The notes beneath the pieces were generated by a model. The model made no database searches, was not told the origin of the DNA, and was given only the letters and a program-made list of their open reading frames with translations. Below, piece after piece: positions 8,265 through 18,354 of a DNA stretch of 64,000 bases. The stretch is taken from assembly GCA_965224245.1 (NCBI GenBank), contig OZ245046.1, positions 4,320,001-4,384,000 on the forward strand. The letters run 5' to 3'. This stretch comes from Candidatus Eiseniibacteriota bacterium (GTDB taxonomy: Bacteria > Eisenbacteria > RBG-16-71-46 > CAZAMP01). The first letter of the stretch is position 1. Every line of letters begins with the position of its first letter. Made by a program: the position numbers and the translations under genes.

Positions 8265-10485
8265 TGGCCAGCCCGAAGTGCCGCTCGGCGATCGCGGCCA
8301 GCTCGCCCAGCGCCAGCTTGCCGCTGGGCAGCATGGGCAAGGCGTCCACGGGGACGTAGGAGTCGGTTCGCGGGATCCAGAGGTTCGGGTAGCCGTCGGT
8401 GCGCATGCGCATGGCGATCTCTCCGGGATTCAGCTCGACCGCGTGCACGACGACGATCCGCTCGCCCTTGGCTGCGTCCGGCACCGCGGTCACGCCCACC
8501 ACGAGATCCTCCGCCTCCGTGTAGTCCTGGACGATCTCCTCGATCTTGCCGTGCGGCACCATCTCGCCGCCGATCTTGGAGAACCGCGACAGACGACCCG
8601 TGATGCGCAGGTAGCCGTCGTCGTCGAGCCGGACGACGTCGCCGGTCACGTACCAGCCGTCGCGAAGGACCTCGGCCGTTCGCTCGCGCTCCTTCAGGTA
8701 TCCGAGCATCACGTTGGCGCCCCGGACGAGCAGGAGGCCGTCCTGTCCGTTCTGGAGCGGCTCGTACGTCTCGGGATGCACGACCTTCACCTCGACTCCC
8801 GGGACCGGCTGCCCGATGGACCCCGGTTTGGATGCGCGCTGATGCACGCCGGGTGCACGGACCGGCGGGAGGTTCGCGGCGACGACCGGTGCGCACTCGG
8901 TCGTGCCGTATCCCTCGAAGAGATCGACACCGTACTTGGCCCGGAACGTCCGGGCGAGCGAGAGCTTGAGCGCCTCGGCGCCCACGAACCCGAAGCGCAG
9001 TCCTCCGAACTTGTCCGGCGGGATCTTGGCCGTGTACTTCGAGCAGAATGCCGGCGTCGACACGAGGATCGTGACCCGGTGCTTCTCGCAGAGGTCACCG
9101 ATCTGCTTCACCTCCATCGGATTCGGATGGAACGCGACGCGGTGCCCCCCGCAGAGGGGCAGCCACATCGTGACCGTCAGTCCGAACGCGTGGAACAGCG
9201 GCAGGCTGCCCAGGATGCAGTCGTCCGGCTCGGGGCGGAACACCTGCTGCACCGCCTCGATGTTCGCCAGGATGTTCCGGTGCGAGAGCATGACGCCCTT
9301 CGGGATGCCGGTGGATCCCGACGAGAACAGCACCGTGGCCAGCGCGGTGGGCTCCTGGGGTCCCTCCAGGAGCGTGCGGTGCAGGAGTCCGGGCACGATG
9401 CGCGAGAGGAGGTTCACCAGTGTGAGTCGAACGAACGTGACCGCGAGCCTGGCCGGGGAGACGTCGCGTCGCATGTCCTCGAGGTAGATCAGCTCGGCGG
9501 GAACGTCGACCGTCGCTTTCTCGAGAAATGCACGCGACGTGACCACGTGCCGGATCTCGCAGCGGTCGATGGCCACGTCCATGGCCTCGCGCGACGCGGT
9601 GAAGTTGAGATTCACCGCGACCTTGCCCAGGAACGAGAGGGCCACGTTCGCGATGGCCCCCGCCGCGGTGGCCGGGAGCAGCACGCCGACCGTCTCCTCG
9701 GGCGCGCGTGAACGGAGCCACCGGGCCATCAGCCACGCGCCGGTGACGAGCTTCCCGTACGTGAGGTCGCGCCCGAGCGAATCGGCGACGGCCTTCCGCG
9801 CCCAGCATCGCCGTGCCGCGTCCACGAACGCGCCCGGCAACGTCTTCGAGAGCATCGGGCGATCGAAGTAGGCGGCGGCCTCGAGGCCGCGAATGCGCGG
9901 GCGCGCGGCGGTCAGGAGCGTGCCCGCGGGGAGCGGCTGTCCGAAGGAGACCTTGGCGCGGAGCGGCATCCGGCGGGTCATCGCGAGGATGCCTCGCCAC
10001 ACACCGGGCTCCAGCGGCGGCCGTACGGGCATGTCGACGTGAACGGGGACGATCTCCACGCCCGACTCGGCGGCCATCGTGTCCAGCGGCCACCGGAACG
10101 GCAGGAGATTGCCGGTGCGCGAGATCTGCCCCTCCGGAAACACGCACACGCTGGTGCCGGAGCGTAGCGAGGCCACCGCCTCGTCGCAGACGCGCCGGAG
10201 CTCGGCCCGCGTACCGACCGTCGGGAGCGACACCGAGTCGATCGTGTCGTAGAACGGCGCGAGATCGGGGATGTCGCGATAGCAGCTCGGAACGAGGAAG
10301 CGCATCCGGCGCCCCAGCGCGTGCTCGATCAGGAAGGCGTCGAGATACGAGACGTTGTTCGCGACCAGGAGCACGGCTCGATCGCTCGGAACGTGCTTGC
10401 GTCCGGTGGTGCTCAGATCCACGAGGCGATGCGTGGCCAGGTGCTTGACCATCCGGCGTACGATCGGGAGCGTGAGGACGTGCAC
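8257..10485 (-). CDS. aas: Aas-like PlsC acyltransferase domain plus AMP-forming acyl-ACP synthetase
   Basis: 'FPEGQISRTG' PlsC block; 'FSSGSTGIPKGV', 'EGYGTTE', 'WYVTGD', 'SRFSKIGGEMV', 'SGK' adenylation motifs. Confidence 0.85.
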   Translation of the reverse strand: MHVLTLPIVRRMVKHLATHRLVDLSTTGRKHVPSDRAVLLVANNVSYLDAFLIEHALGRRMRFLVPSCYRDIPDLAPFYDTIDSVSLPTVGTRAELRRVCDEAVASLRSGTSVCVFPEGQISRTGNLLPFRWPLDTMAAESGVEIVPVHVDMPVRPPLEPGVWRGILAMTRRMPLRAKVSFGQPLPAGTLLTAARPRIRGLEAAAYFDRPMLSKTLPGAFVDAARRCWARKAVADSLGRDLTYGKLVTGAWLMARWLRSRAPEETVGVLLPATAAGAIANVALSFLGKVAVNLNFTASREAMDVAIDRCEIRHVVTSRAFLEKATVDVPAELIYLEDMRRDVSPARLAVTFVRLTLVNLLSRIVPGLLHRTLLEGPQEPTALATVLFSSGSTGIPKGVMLSHRNILANIEAVQQVFRPEPDDCILGSLPLFHAFGLTVTMWLPLCGGHRVAFHPNPMEVKQIGDLCEKHRVTILVSTPAFCSKYTAKIPPDKFGGLRFGFVGAEALKLSLARTFRAKYGVDLFEGYGTTECAPVVAANLPPVRAPGVHQRASKPGSIGQPVPGVEVKVVHPETYEPLQNGQDGLLLVRGANVMLGYLKERERTAEVLRDGWYVTGDVVRLDDDGYLRITGRLSRFSKIGGEMVPHGKIEEIVQDYTEAEDLVVGVTAVPDAAKGERIVVVHAVELNPGEIAMRMRTDGYPNLWIPRTDSYVPVDALPMLPSGKLALGELAAIAERHFGLANA

Positions 10486-10494
10486 GAGAGACTC

Positions 10495-10851
10495 CTAGCC
10501 TCGACCGAACAGCCGGCGGATGCGCTCGATGAAGCCGGTGCGCTCGTGCATGCGATCGAGTAGCTCACGGAGCCGCCGGGCCTTCTTGCGACTCACCTCG
10601 GCAGCCAGCGGAAGGTCGAGCGCCTCGCAGTACGTGTCGACGGCCGCCGTCATCACCGTGGACTCTGGCTCGGTCAGCGCGAGTGGCGCCACGGCGGAGT
10701 CCGAGTCGGCGAGCAGGCGATCCTCGAGACGGTTGTGCAGACCGGCCAGGCGAACCTTCTCGCCCTCGGTGAACGTCCGCTTGAGAGCGTAGGCCGTGGC
10801 CTCGTGAAGCAGCCCGATCTCGTCTCGCGAGAACGTGATTCCCTTTGCCAA
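10495..10851 (-). CDS. Small hypothetical helical protein (118 aa), first gene of the aas operon
   Basis: TTG start at 10851 after GAGGAG/AGAGGA; protein-like composition; ends 9 bp before aas. Confidence 0.6.
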   Translation of the reverse strand: MAKGITFSRDEIGLLHEATAYALKRTFTEGEKVRLAGLHNRLEDRLLADSDSAVAPLALTEPESTVMTAAVDTYCEALDLPLAAEVSRKKARRLRELLDRMHERTGFIERIRRLFGRG

Positions 10852-10987
10852 TCCTCTAGCTCCTCGATCCGAGCCCGGCGGAAGGTCCGTGACAACGCAC
10901 GAAATCGGCTGATATCCTCGCCGCGGCTCGCCCCGAGCCCGGTTCCGCTCCGACCCCAACAGTAAGCCAAGAGGAGAAGGTTCGGAA

Positions 10988-12055
10988 ATGGAGACGTCGC
11001 GACGGCTGCTGGAGACTCTCACCCAGGCCGACAGCGTTCCCGGGTTCGAAGACGAGATGCGTACGCTGTTCGCTACCGAGCTGGCGTCGGTGGGCAACGT
11101 GACGCGGGACCGCATGGGCGGTGTGATCTGTGAGCGTGCTGGGCGGTCGGCCACGCCACGGATCATGCTCGACTGTCACCTGGACGAGATCGGGTTCATC
11201 ATCCAGCACGTCTCGGCGGACGGCTTCCTGAAGTTCCTCCCGCTGGGCGGCTGGTGGACACACATCCTGCCCGCGCAGCGCGTCCGCGTGCACGGATCCG
11301 GCCGTACCGTGATCGGGGTGATCGGCTCCACGCCACCACACTTCCTGCCGCCCGAGCGGCGGGGCAACGTGCTCGAGATCCGGGACATGTTCATCGACGT
11401 GGGCGCCGAGAATGCCGGGCAGGTCGCGGAGTGGGGAATCCGCCCCGGCTCGTGGGCGGTGCCGTACAGCCCGTTCACGACCATGGCCAGCGAGGATCTC
11501 GTCATGGCCAAGGCCTTCGACAACCGCGTGGGCTGTGCGCTCTGCATCGAGACGATGCAGCGCCTCGACGACTCGCACCCCAACACGATCCTCGCCGCGG
11601 GAAGCGCGCAGGAGGAGGTCGGGCTCCGGGGCGCCCGCGCCACCGCGCATCTGATCGACCCCGACGTGGCGATCGTGCTCGAGGGGCCGCCGGCCGACGA
11701 CACCCCGGGCATGCGTCCCGACGAGTCGCAGGGCCGCCTCGGCGGCGGGGTCCAGATCCGCGTCTACGATCCGTCGATGATCGCCAACCCGCGCCTGGTC
11801 GATCTCGTGATCGGCGTGGCCACCGAGGCCGGCATCGCGCACCAGGTCACCGTGCGCTCATCGGGCGGCACCAACGCCGGCTCCATTCACGTGCACGGCG
11901 CCGGCGTCCCCAGCGTCGTCCTGGGCGTGCCCGCGCGGTACATCCACTCGCACGCGAGCATCATCCACCTCGGCGACTATGCGGCCGCGCTCGACCTGAC
12001 GCTCGCGCTCTGCAATCGCCTGGACGCGGACACGGTCGCCGGCCTCACGGCCTGA
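10988..12055 (+). CDS. M42 family (TET-like) aminopeptidase
   Basis: 'CHLDEIG', 'KAFDNRVG', 'QEEVGLRGA', 'GGTNAG', 'RYIHS'. Confidence 0.92.
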   Translation: METSRRLLETLTQADSVPGFEDEMRTLFATELASVGNVTRDRMGGVICERAGRSATPRIMLDCHLDEIGFIIQHVSADGFLKFLPLGGWWTHILPAQRVRVHGSGRTVIGVIGSTPPHFLPPERRGNVLEIRDMFIDVGAENAGQVAEWGIRPGSWAVPYSPFTTMASEDLVMAKAFDNRVGCALCIETMQRLDDSHPNTILAAGSAQEEVGLRGARATAHLIDPDVAIVLEGPPADDTPGMRPDESQGRLGGGVQIRVYDPSMIANPRLVDLVIGVATEAGIAHQVTVRSSGGTNAGSIHVHGAGVPSVVLGVPARYIHSHASIIHLGDYAAALDLTLALCNRLDADTVAGLTA

Positions 12056-12097
12056 CCGGCGCGACGACCCCGAGGTGACGGACATGGTGGACCCGAC

Positions 12098-13132
12098 GTG
12101 AGCCGCGTCGGCTGGGTCACCGACCGGCGATTCCTGGACCACGTGCTTCCGGGTCACCCCGAACGGCCGGAACGGCTGACGCGACTGTGGGAGGTGCTCG
12201 ACGAGACCGGCCTCGCCACGCGGCTCGACGTGTTGCCGGTCTCGGTCGTCGATGGCTCGCTGCTCGAGAGCATCCACGCGCCGGATCAGATCGGCCTCGT
12301 GGACGAGCTCAGTCTCTTCGGGGGTCATCTCGATCCCGACACGTACGTCGCGGCCGGATCGGCCGGGATCGCGCGCCTGGCCGCCGGGGCGGTCGTGGGC
12401 GCGGTCGACGCCGTGCTCGACGGCATCTGCGATCGCGCGTTCGCCGCCGTTCGCCCGCCGGGGCACCACGCGGGCGGCCGGCGGTCGATGGGGTTCTGTC
12501 TGTTCAACAACGTCGCGCTCGCCGCCGAGCACGCGCGCCGGCGGGGTCTGGCCCGGGTGGCCGTCGTGGACTGGGACGTGCACCACGGCAACGGCACCCA
12601 GGACATCTTCTACGGGAGCGCGGACGTGCTGTTCGTCTCGACGCACCAGTATCCCTTCTACCCGGGGACCGGCCCCGCGCACGAGATCGGGACCGGCGCG
12701 GGCGAGGGCACGACGATCAACGTGCCGCTGCCCGCGGGTGTCGGCGACGCCGGGCTCGAGCTGGCGTTCGATCGGATCGTGCTACCGGCACTGCGGCGGT
12801 TCCGGCCCGAGCTGCTTCTCGTCTCCGCGGGCTTCGACGCGCACCACCGGGATCCGCTCGCGTCGCTTTCGGCCACCACCGGGTGCTTCACGCGGCTCGC
12901 CGAGCGGCTGACCGCGTTCGCGGACGAGGCGTGCCAGGGGCGCGTGGTCGTCACGCTCGAGGGCGGATACGATCTCGAGGCGATCGCGTGGGGCGCGGCG
13001 GCCACGGTCGCGGTGCTCCTGGGGATCACGCCCCCGATCGCTGCGGACGATGCGGAGAGTCTGATCGCGCGGCGGCCCGAGCCCGACATCACGCCGCTCG
13101 TCGAGTCGCTCCAGGCGCTTCACGGTCTGTGA
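12098..13132 (+). CDS. Zn-dependent histone deacetylase family (AcuC/AphA-like) deacetylase
   Basis: 'HPERPER', 'RPPGHHA', 'GFCLFNN', 'DWDVHHGNGTQ', 'SAGFDAH', 'LEGGY'. Confidence 0.93.
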   Translation: MSRVGWVTDRRFLDHVLPGHPERPERLTRLWEVLDETGLATRLDVLPVSVVDGSLLESIHAPDQIGLVDELSLFGGHLDPDTYVAAGSAGIARLAAGAVVGAVDAVLDGICDRAFAAVRPPGHHAGGRRSMGFCLFNNVALAAEHARRRGLARVAVVDWDVHHGNGTQDIFYGSADVLFVSTHQYPFYPGTGPAHEIGTGAGEGTTINVPLPAGVGDAGLELAFDRIVLPALRRFRPELLLVSAGFDAHHRDPLASLSATTGCFTRLAERLTAFADEACQGRVVVTLEGGYDLEAIAWGAAATVAVLLGITPPIAADDAESLIARRPEPDITPLVESLQALHGL

Positions 13133-13153
13133 TCGATCCCCGATCCCGACGAC

Positions 13154-15397
13154 TCAACGGCGGAGCGCCCAGTCCGTCAGCGACGCCAGCAGTGCTCGCA
13201 CGTCCTCGGGGTACGCACGTGCGAAGGGCCACAGCTCGGTGCCGATCCAGACGATCCTGCCGCCACCTTGGGTCGTGATCCCGAGAACGACCGGCTCGTC
13301 GTCGAGACGCGATCCGAACGGGGTCAGGCAGACCTCGCGCGGATCTTCCGGCCACGCCCACTCGTTGGCGATCATCGTGTAGAGCACCTCCACGCCGGGC
13401 TCGAGCGGGATCGGAAGCCGCTGGACGGCCACGACGTGAGTTCCGGCCGGGTTGTGGTACCCGCCCCACGCATCGGACCAGAGCGCCGTGCGAGCCGCGT
13501 AACCGGTGGGGTCGGCGCGGCCGGCCGGCATCCCCAGCCGGCGAGCCGACTCGCTCGCCTCGAGCCCCACGATCCCGCTGCACGGGAGAAGAAGCGACGT
13601 GACAGTCCCTCGTGGTGACCGGTCGATCCGGTCGCGGATGCGCATCATGTCCCAGACGAAGCTGCCGGGGCCGAAGTTCGGGTTCTCCCACGGGGGAATG
13701 GCCGGGATCCAGGCGTCGGACGTCCGATAGACGTCACCCATGAGCGCTCCGATCGTGGTCCGACCCCAGATGACGAGGTTCCCTCCCGCGCGGACGTAGT
13801 GATGGAGGCTCAGCGACGGCACGCCGAACCGCCCGCGCGTCAGTTCCCCGAGGGCCGATCGCCCCTCTCTCGCGCCGACGTCCCAGTAGAGGAGACGGTA
13901 ATCCCGGAGGTCCGCGAGGGTGATCTCCCGTGGCGGGTCGAGCTCCCCACAGGCACCGTCGGTCGCGCGCGAGTCGAGGCGGTCGAGCCGCTCGTTCCGC
14001 TCGAGATGGGGTGCGATCGCATCCTCGAGGAAGCCGCCGATCAGCGCATCGTGCTGGCAGTCGTCGATGTCCTCGGACACGTAGTCGTCGATCCAGAGGG
14101 CGGCGCGCGTGAGCGTGAACGCGAGGACCTCGACGTCCAGCGCGAGCTCGTTCTGGACGCGCTCGGAGTCGCGCGCGTCCCTCGCCTGAACGCGAACGGT
14201 CAGCACGTCACCGGCCGACCCGCGCGGAATGGTGAAGTCGATCCCGGTCCGGGTGCTCCACCGGCTCCACGTGCCCGGACATCTCGGACCGTCGATCCGG
14301 TAGCGGCTCTCGCCCGCAGCGTACCCGTACCAGTCCGCCGACACGTCCCACCGCACCGGCAGGGGGATGCTCTCGGGCCACGTCGTCGGCGGGGTGAAGT
14401 CGCTGTGAGCGGGTCTCGTCTCGGCCACCCGGACCTCGTCCAAGAAGAGCCGGATGCGCGGAGCGGGCGTCAGCGTGGGGTTGACGTGGACGTAGACGAC
14501 GTTCGCGCCGTCGGACGGCGACCCCGAGGCCAGCCGGAACCCGTCTGATGGGGTGATCCGACCGTCGCGATCCACGGCGCGAACCGCCAGCGCACGGTAT
14601 CCCTCGTCCAGCTCGTCGAAGACGATCTCGGTCGCGGGCCACGGCTCGCTCAGATGGGGCCACCAGTCGGTCTCGAAGAAGTGCGCCTCGGACGGCAGCT
14701 CGGGGAACTCGTGTCCCGGACGCGGCTCGGCCACGCGCAGGCTGTCGGGAATCAGGAGGTTCGGCCGCCGCAGGGTCGACGTTCCATCCGCGCGGGCGTC
14801 GAGGAGCCACGCGAGAATGGTGGCGTACTCCTCGTACCCGTCGCACGCGATCAGCTTCATCTGATAGCCGATGACCGGCGTCCCGGCGTCCACGGGCGTG
14901 CTCGCCCACTGAAACCGCACCGGCGTCGGCACGCCGTTCAACGTGGACTCGGCGATCGGACGGAGGATCCGCGTCGACGGGCCGCGCCAGTCCCCCTCGA
15001 ACGTCGCCATGGCGGGAACCGACCGATGCCCCTCGTCATCCGCCGCACGGACCGCGAACGTCCGCGTGTCGCGTCCGTCGTCGATCTCCTCGGTGGGGAG
15101 CGTCAGTCCGTGCTCGGACGTCTCGTTCCAGGTCGGCGCCGTCGCGTCGTCGAGATCACGCCGGTCCGGGGGCTCGTCGAACGCCGCCCACTCGTAGTAC
15201 GCGATCGTGCCGTCGGGATCGTAGGCCGACCAGCGGAACGTGGCCACGACGTGATCGTTGCCCACGAACTCGATCGTGGTGCGCGGACGCGCGCTGGAGG
15301 GGCCGGGCGTCGGCGGCATCTCGTCGCAGGCGAGGGTCGCGCACAGGGCGCTCGCGATCAGCGCGAGGACGCGAGCGTCGATCTCGATCCGAATCAT
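13154..15397 (-). CDS. Large hypothetical lipoprotein with Ig/FN3-like beta-sandwich repeats
   Basis: Lipobox 'ATLAC'; 'FRWSAYDPDGTIAYYEW', 'FAVRAADDEG', 'LAVRAVDRDG', 'RVQARD' beta-sandwich motifs. Confidence 0.7.
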   Translation of the reverse strand: MIRIEIDARVLALIASALCATLACDEMPPTPGPSSARPRTTIEFVGNDHVVATFRWSAYDPDGTIAYYEWAAFDEPPDRRDLDDATAPTWNETSEHGLTLPTEEIDDGRDTRTFAVRAADDEGHRSVPAMATFEGDWRGPSTRILRPIAESTLNGVPTPVRFQWASTPVDAGTPVIGYQMKLIACDGYEEYATILAWLLDARADGTSTLRRPNLLIPDSLRVAEPRPGHEFPELPSEAHFFETDWWPHLSEPWPATEIVFDELDEGYRALAVRAVDRDGRITPSDGFRLASGSPSDGANVVYVHVNPTLTPAPRIRLFLDEVRVAETRPAHSDFTPPTTWPESIPLPVRWDVSADWYGYAAGESRYRIDGPRCPGTWSRWSTRTGIDFTIPRGSAGDVLTVRVQARDARDSERVQNELALDVEVLAFTLTRAALWIDDYVSEDIDDCQHDALIGGFLEDAIAPHLERNERLDRLDSRATDGACGELDPPREITLADLRDYRLLYWDVGAREGRSALGELTRGRFGVPSLSLHHYVRAGGNLVIWGRTTIGALMGDVYRTSDAWIPAIPPWENPNFGPGSFVWDMMRIRDRIDRSPRGTVTSLLLPCSGIVGLEASESARRLGMPAGRADPTGYAARTALWSDAWGGYHNPAGTHVVAVQRLPIPLEPGVEVLYTMIANEWAWPEDPREVCLTPFGSRLDDEPVVLGITTQGGGRIVWIGTELWPFARAYPEDVRALLASLTDWALRR

Positions 15398-15481
15398 GCC
15401 CGTACCTCGTCGACGGGGTCTGCCCCCGGGCAGCGGGACGGGAGGGGATCCCGGAGTATACCCGGGTGCAAATGTCGTGCG

Positions 15482-16513
15482 TCACCCCGATCGCATCGAC
15501 TCCGTCGCCGGCAGGCGTGACATCCCCATCGCCTCGCGGCACTCGGCCACGGTCTCCCTGGCCAGCGCCCGCGCCTTCTCGGCGCCCGCGCGGAACACGT
15601 CCTCCACCCGATCCGGATCGGCCGAAAGCGCCTCGTAGCGTTCGCGCGCCGGGCCCAGACGCTCCATTATCTTCTCGTAGAGGAGCTTCTTCGCCTCGCC
15701 GTAGCCCATGCCGCCGGCGCGGTAGCGCGCGGCCAGCGCCTCCTTGTCCTCGGGGTCGAAGAGCTTGTAGAGCGAGAAGACGTTGCACCGGTCCGGGTCC
15801 TTCGGCGCCTCCACCGGGGTGGAGTCGGTGACGATGGACATGACCTTCTTCCGGATCGACTTCCGGGGCTCGAAGAGCATGATCGAGTTGTCGTAGCTCT
15901 TTGACATCTTGCGGCCGTCGAGGCCGATCACCACGGCCGTCTCCTCCTGGATGTACGGCTCGGGCAGCGTCAGGATGTCGCCGTAGTAGCGGTTGAACCG
16001 CTGGGCCACGTCTCGGGCGATCTCGATGTGCTGCTTCTGGTCCTTGCCCACCGGCACGAGGTGGCTCTTGTAGATCAAGATGTCGGCCGCCTGCAGGACG
16101 GGATAGTCGAACAGACCGACGTTCACCTCGGTGGCGCTCGCCTTCGCGTCCTTGAACGCGTGCGCGCGATCGAGGAGCCCGAACGGCGTGGAGCAGTTCA
16201 GGAGCCACGTCAGCTCGCACACCTCGGGCACGTCGCTCTGGCGGAAGATCACCGAGCGTTCCGGATCCAGCCCCACCGCGAGGAGCTCGCGCATGAGCGT
16301 CTCGGTCCGCCGCCGCAGCGCCTCGCCGTCGAAGACCGACGTCAGCGCGTGGTAGTCGGCGATGAAGAAGTACGCGTCGTGACTCTCCTGGAGGTCCAGC
16401 CACTGGACGAACGCACCGAAGTAGTTCCCGATGTGGGCGCCGTCGCCCGAGGGCTTGATGCCCGAGAGGATGCGCTTCCGGGTGGGTTCTCCGCCGGTGG
16501 ATGGTCCCGACAT
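15482..16513 (-). CDS. trpS: Tryptophan--tRNA ligase
   Basis: 'SGIKPSG', HIGN (HIGH), 'YPVLQAADIL', 'VPVGKDQKQH', KMSKS; AAGGAG RBS before ATG 16513. Confidence 0.97.
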   Translation of the reverse strand: MSGPSTGGEPTRKRILSGIKPSGDGAHIGNYFGAFVQWLDLQESHDAYFFIADYHALTSVFDGEALRRRTETLMRELLAVGLDPERSVIFRQSDVPEVCELTWLLNCSTPFGLLDRAHAFKDAKASATEVNVGLFDYPVLQAADILIYKSHLVPVGKDQKQHIEIARDVAQRFNRYYGDILTLPEPYIQEETAVVIGLDGRKMSKSYDNSIMLFEPRKSIRKKVMSIVTDSTPVEAPKDPDRCNVFSLYKLFDPEDKEALAARYRAGGMGYGEAKKLLYEKIMERLGPARERYEALSADPDRVEDVFRAGAEKARALARETVAECREAMGMSRLPATESMRSG

Positions 16514-16740
16514 GCACGACTCCTTGCTCACCTGGAGGGTTCGCTCGCGACGGCGAACCGGCCGGGATGCCGGCACCGCCCACGCGAGGGTCGACCAGTC
16601 TATCAGAACGCCTGCGCGTCGTGCCCGGGTTCGGAGCGGCGGGTTCGCGGCGCCGGGGCGCGCGGAACGACGGCGAGATGCCGCCGCCCACCGGGGGGTT
16701 GCACCGGCAGACGGCGGCGATGCCCCGGGAGGGGCGTGGG

Positions 16741-18354
16741 TCAGGCCGGATCGGCGTCGGTCGTGGCCACCGACGTCGAGTGCCCGTCCGCTCGGACCCC
16801 GTTCGTGGGCGCCTCGTCCCGGGCCGGGTCCGGCGATGCCGTTCCCAGGTACTCGGGGAGCTCGACGCCTGCCATGCGCGCCACCTCGTGCAGCGGGGGC
16901 AGCGTGCGGATCATGTTCGACAGGAAGTTCGACGTGGAGGTTCCGTCGCCGTTGGCGGCGCCGGAGTCCCAGACCGTGATCTTGTCGATGCGGAGGTTCT
17001 TCACCGCGTCGACCTGCTTGGCCACGATCTCTTCCAGCTTCTCGACCATCAGGAGCGTGGCCGCCGCGCGGGCGTCGTTGCCGCAGCTCTCGACGAGCGC
17101 GCGATACCCCTCGGCCTTGCTGTCGAGCACCTGCCGGACACCGGCGGCCTCGGCCTCGTACTTGAGCAGCGTCGCGTCCGCCGCGCCGCGGGCGGTCTCG
17201 CGCTGGCGCGCGGCCTCGGCCTGTGCGGCCAGCTCGACCTTGATCTTGTCGGTCTCGGCCCTGGCGACCTCGACGGCCTTCAGGCGCTCGGTCTCGGCCG
17301 CATACTCGGCGCGCTGGATCGCGAGCTCGGCCTGCCGTCGCGCCACCTCACCGGCCTGGTGCGCCTCGGCCTCTTGCTTGGCCAGCTCGGCGTTCGACGC
17401 GGCGATGCGCCCCTTGGACTCGTTCTCTCCCTGGATCGCCATCGCTTCCTGGTCCTGGACGAAGACGCGGCGATCGGCGTCGGCCTTCTTCCGTCCCTTG
17501 TCCGCCTCGGCCTCGTTCTGAGCGACGTTGACGTCCTTGTCGCGCAGCGCCTCGGCCTCGCCGATGGCGGCCGAGGTCTCCTGCTGCTGGACGAAGATGC
17601 GACGGTCGGCGTCGGCCTTCTTTTGTCCCTTGTCCGCCTCGGCCTGGTGCTCGGCCACGCGGATGGCGCGCTCGCGGTTGGCCTCGGCCTGGCCGATGGC
17701 GCCGAGCTTCTCCTGCTCGGCCACGTCGATCATGGCCCGGTTCGTCGCCTCCGAGGCGGCCTTCTTGCCGATGGACTCGATGTAGTCCGACTCGTCGGTG
17801 ATGTCGGTGATGTTCACGTTGATCAGGTTGAGACCGATCTTGTTCAGCTCGGGCTCGACGTTGGAGCGGATCGCACCCAGGAAGCTGTCCCGGTCCTGGT
17901 TGATCTGCTCGATCGTCAGTGACGCCACCGTCAGGCGTAGCTGGCCGAAGATGATCTCCTTGGCCATCTCCTCGATCTCCCTGGGGGGCAGCCCCAGGAG
18001 ACGCTCGGCCGCGTTGTTCATGATCTCCGGACGTGTCCCGACGCCCACGGTGAACGTGCTCGGGACGTTGATGCGGATGTTCTGCTTGGAGAGGGCCTTC
18101 GAGAGCGGAATGCTGATCGTCATCGGGATCAGGCTCAGGAACTCCGAAGCCTGGATGAGCGGCCACACCATGGTGCCGCCGCCGTGGATGCACTTCGCCG
18201 ACTGCCCGGTGCCCACCTTGCCGTAGACCACCAGCACGCTGTCCGACGGGCATCGCTTGTAGCGCGACGCCAGGAACACCGTGAACAGAAAGACGATCGC
18301 GATGAACGCGATGAACGCGATCACGAACGCCACGTTGCCGGTTGAGAAATCCAT
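16741..18354 (-). CDS. Flotillin (SPFH/band 7) family protein
   Basis: N-terminal TM, 'RYKRCPSD..LVVYG', SPFH core, long EA-rich coiled-coil repeats, 'IDKITVWD'. Confidence 0.92.
   Translation of the reverse strand: MDFSTGNVAFVIAFIAFIAIVFLFTVFLASRYKRCPSDSVLVVYGKVGTGQSAKCIHGGGTMVWPLIQASEFLSLIPMTISIPLSKALSKQNIRINVPSTFTVGVGTRPEIMNNAAERLLGLPPREIEEMAKEIIFGQLRLTVASLTIEQINQDRDSFLGAIRSNVEPELNKIGLNLINVNITDITDESDYIESIGKKAASEATNRAMIDVAEQEKLGAIGQAEANRERAIRVAEHQAEADKGQKKADADRRIFVQQQETSAAIGEAEALRDKDVNVAQNEAEADKGRKKADADRRVFVQDQEAMAIQGENESKGRIAASNAELAKQEAEAHQAGEVARRQAELAIQRAEYAAETERLKAVEVARAETDKIKVELAAQAEAARQRETARGAADATLLKYEAEAAGVRQVLDSKAEGYRALVESCGNDARAAATLLMVEKLEEIVAKQVDAVKNLRIDKITVWDSGAANGDGTSTSNFLSNMIRTLPPLHEVARMAGVELPEYLGTASPDPARDEAPTNGVRADGHSTSVATTDADPA

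Noticed and set aside
16514-16740. T-box or attenuator upstream of trpS
   Set aside because: No T-box consensus or Trp-rich leader peptide visible; only generic GC-rich stems
17440-17660. Internal DNA duplication in the flotillin gene
   Set aside because: Encodes ordinary coiled-coil repeats (AEADKG.KKADADRR) within an intact frame
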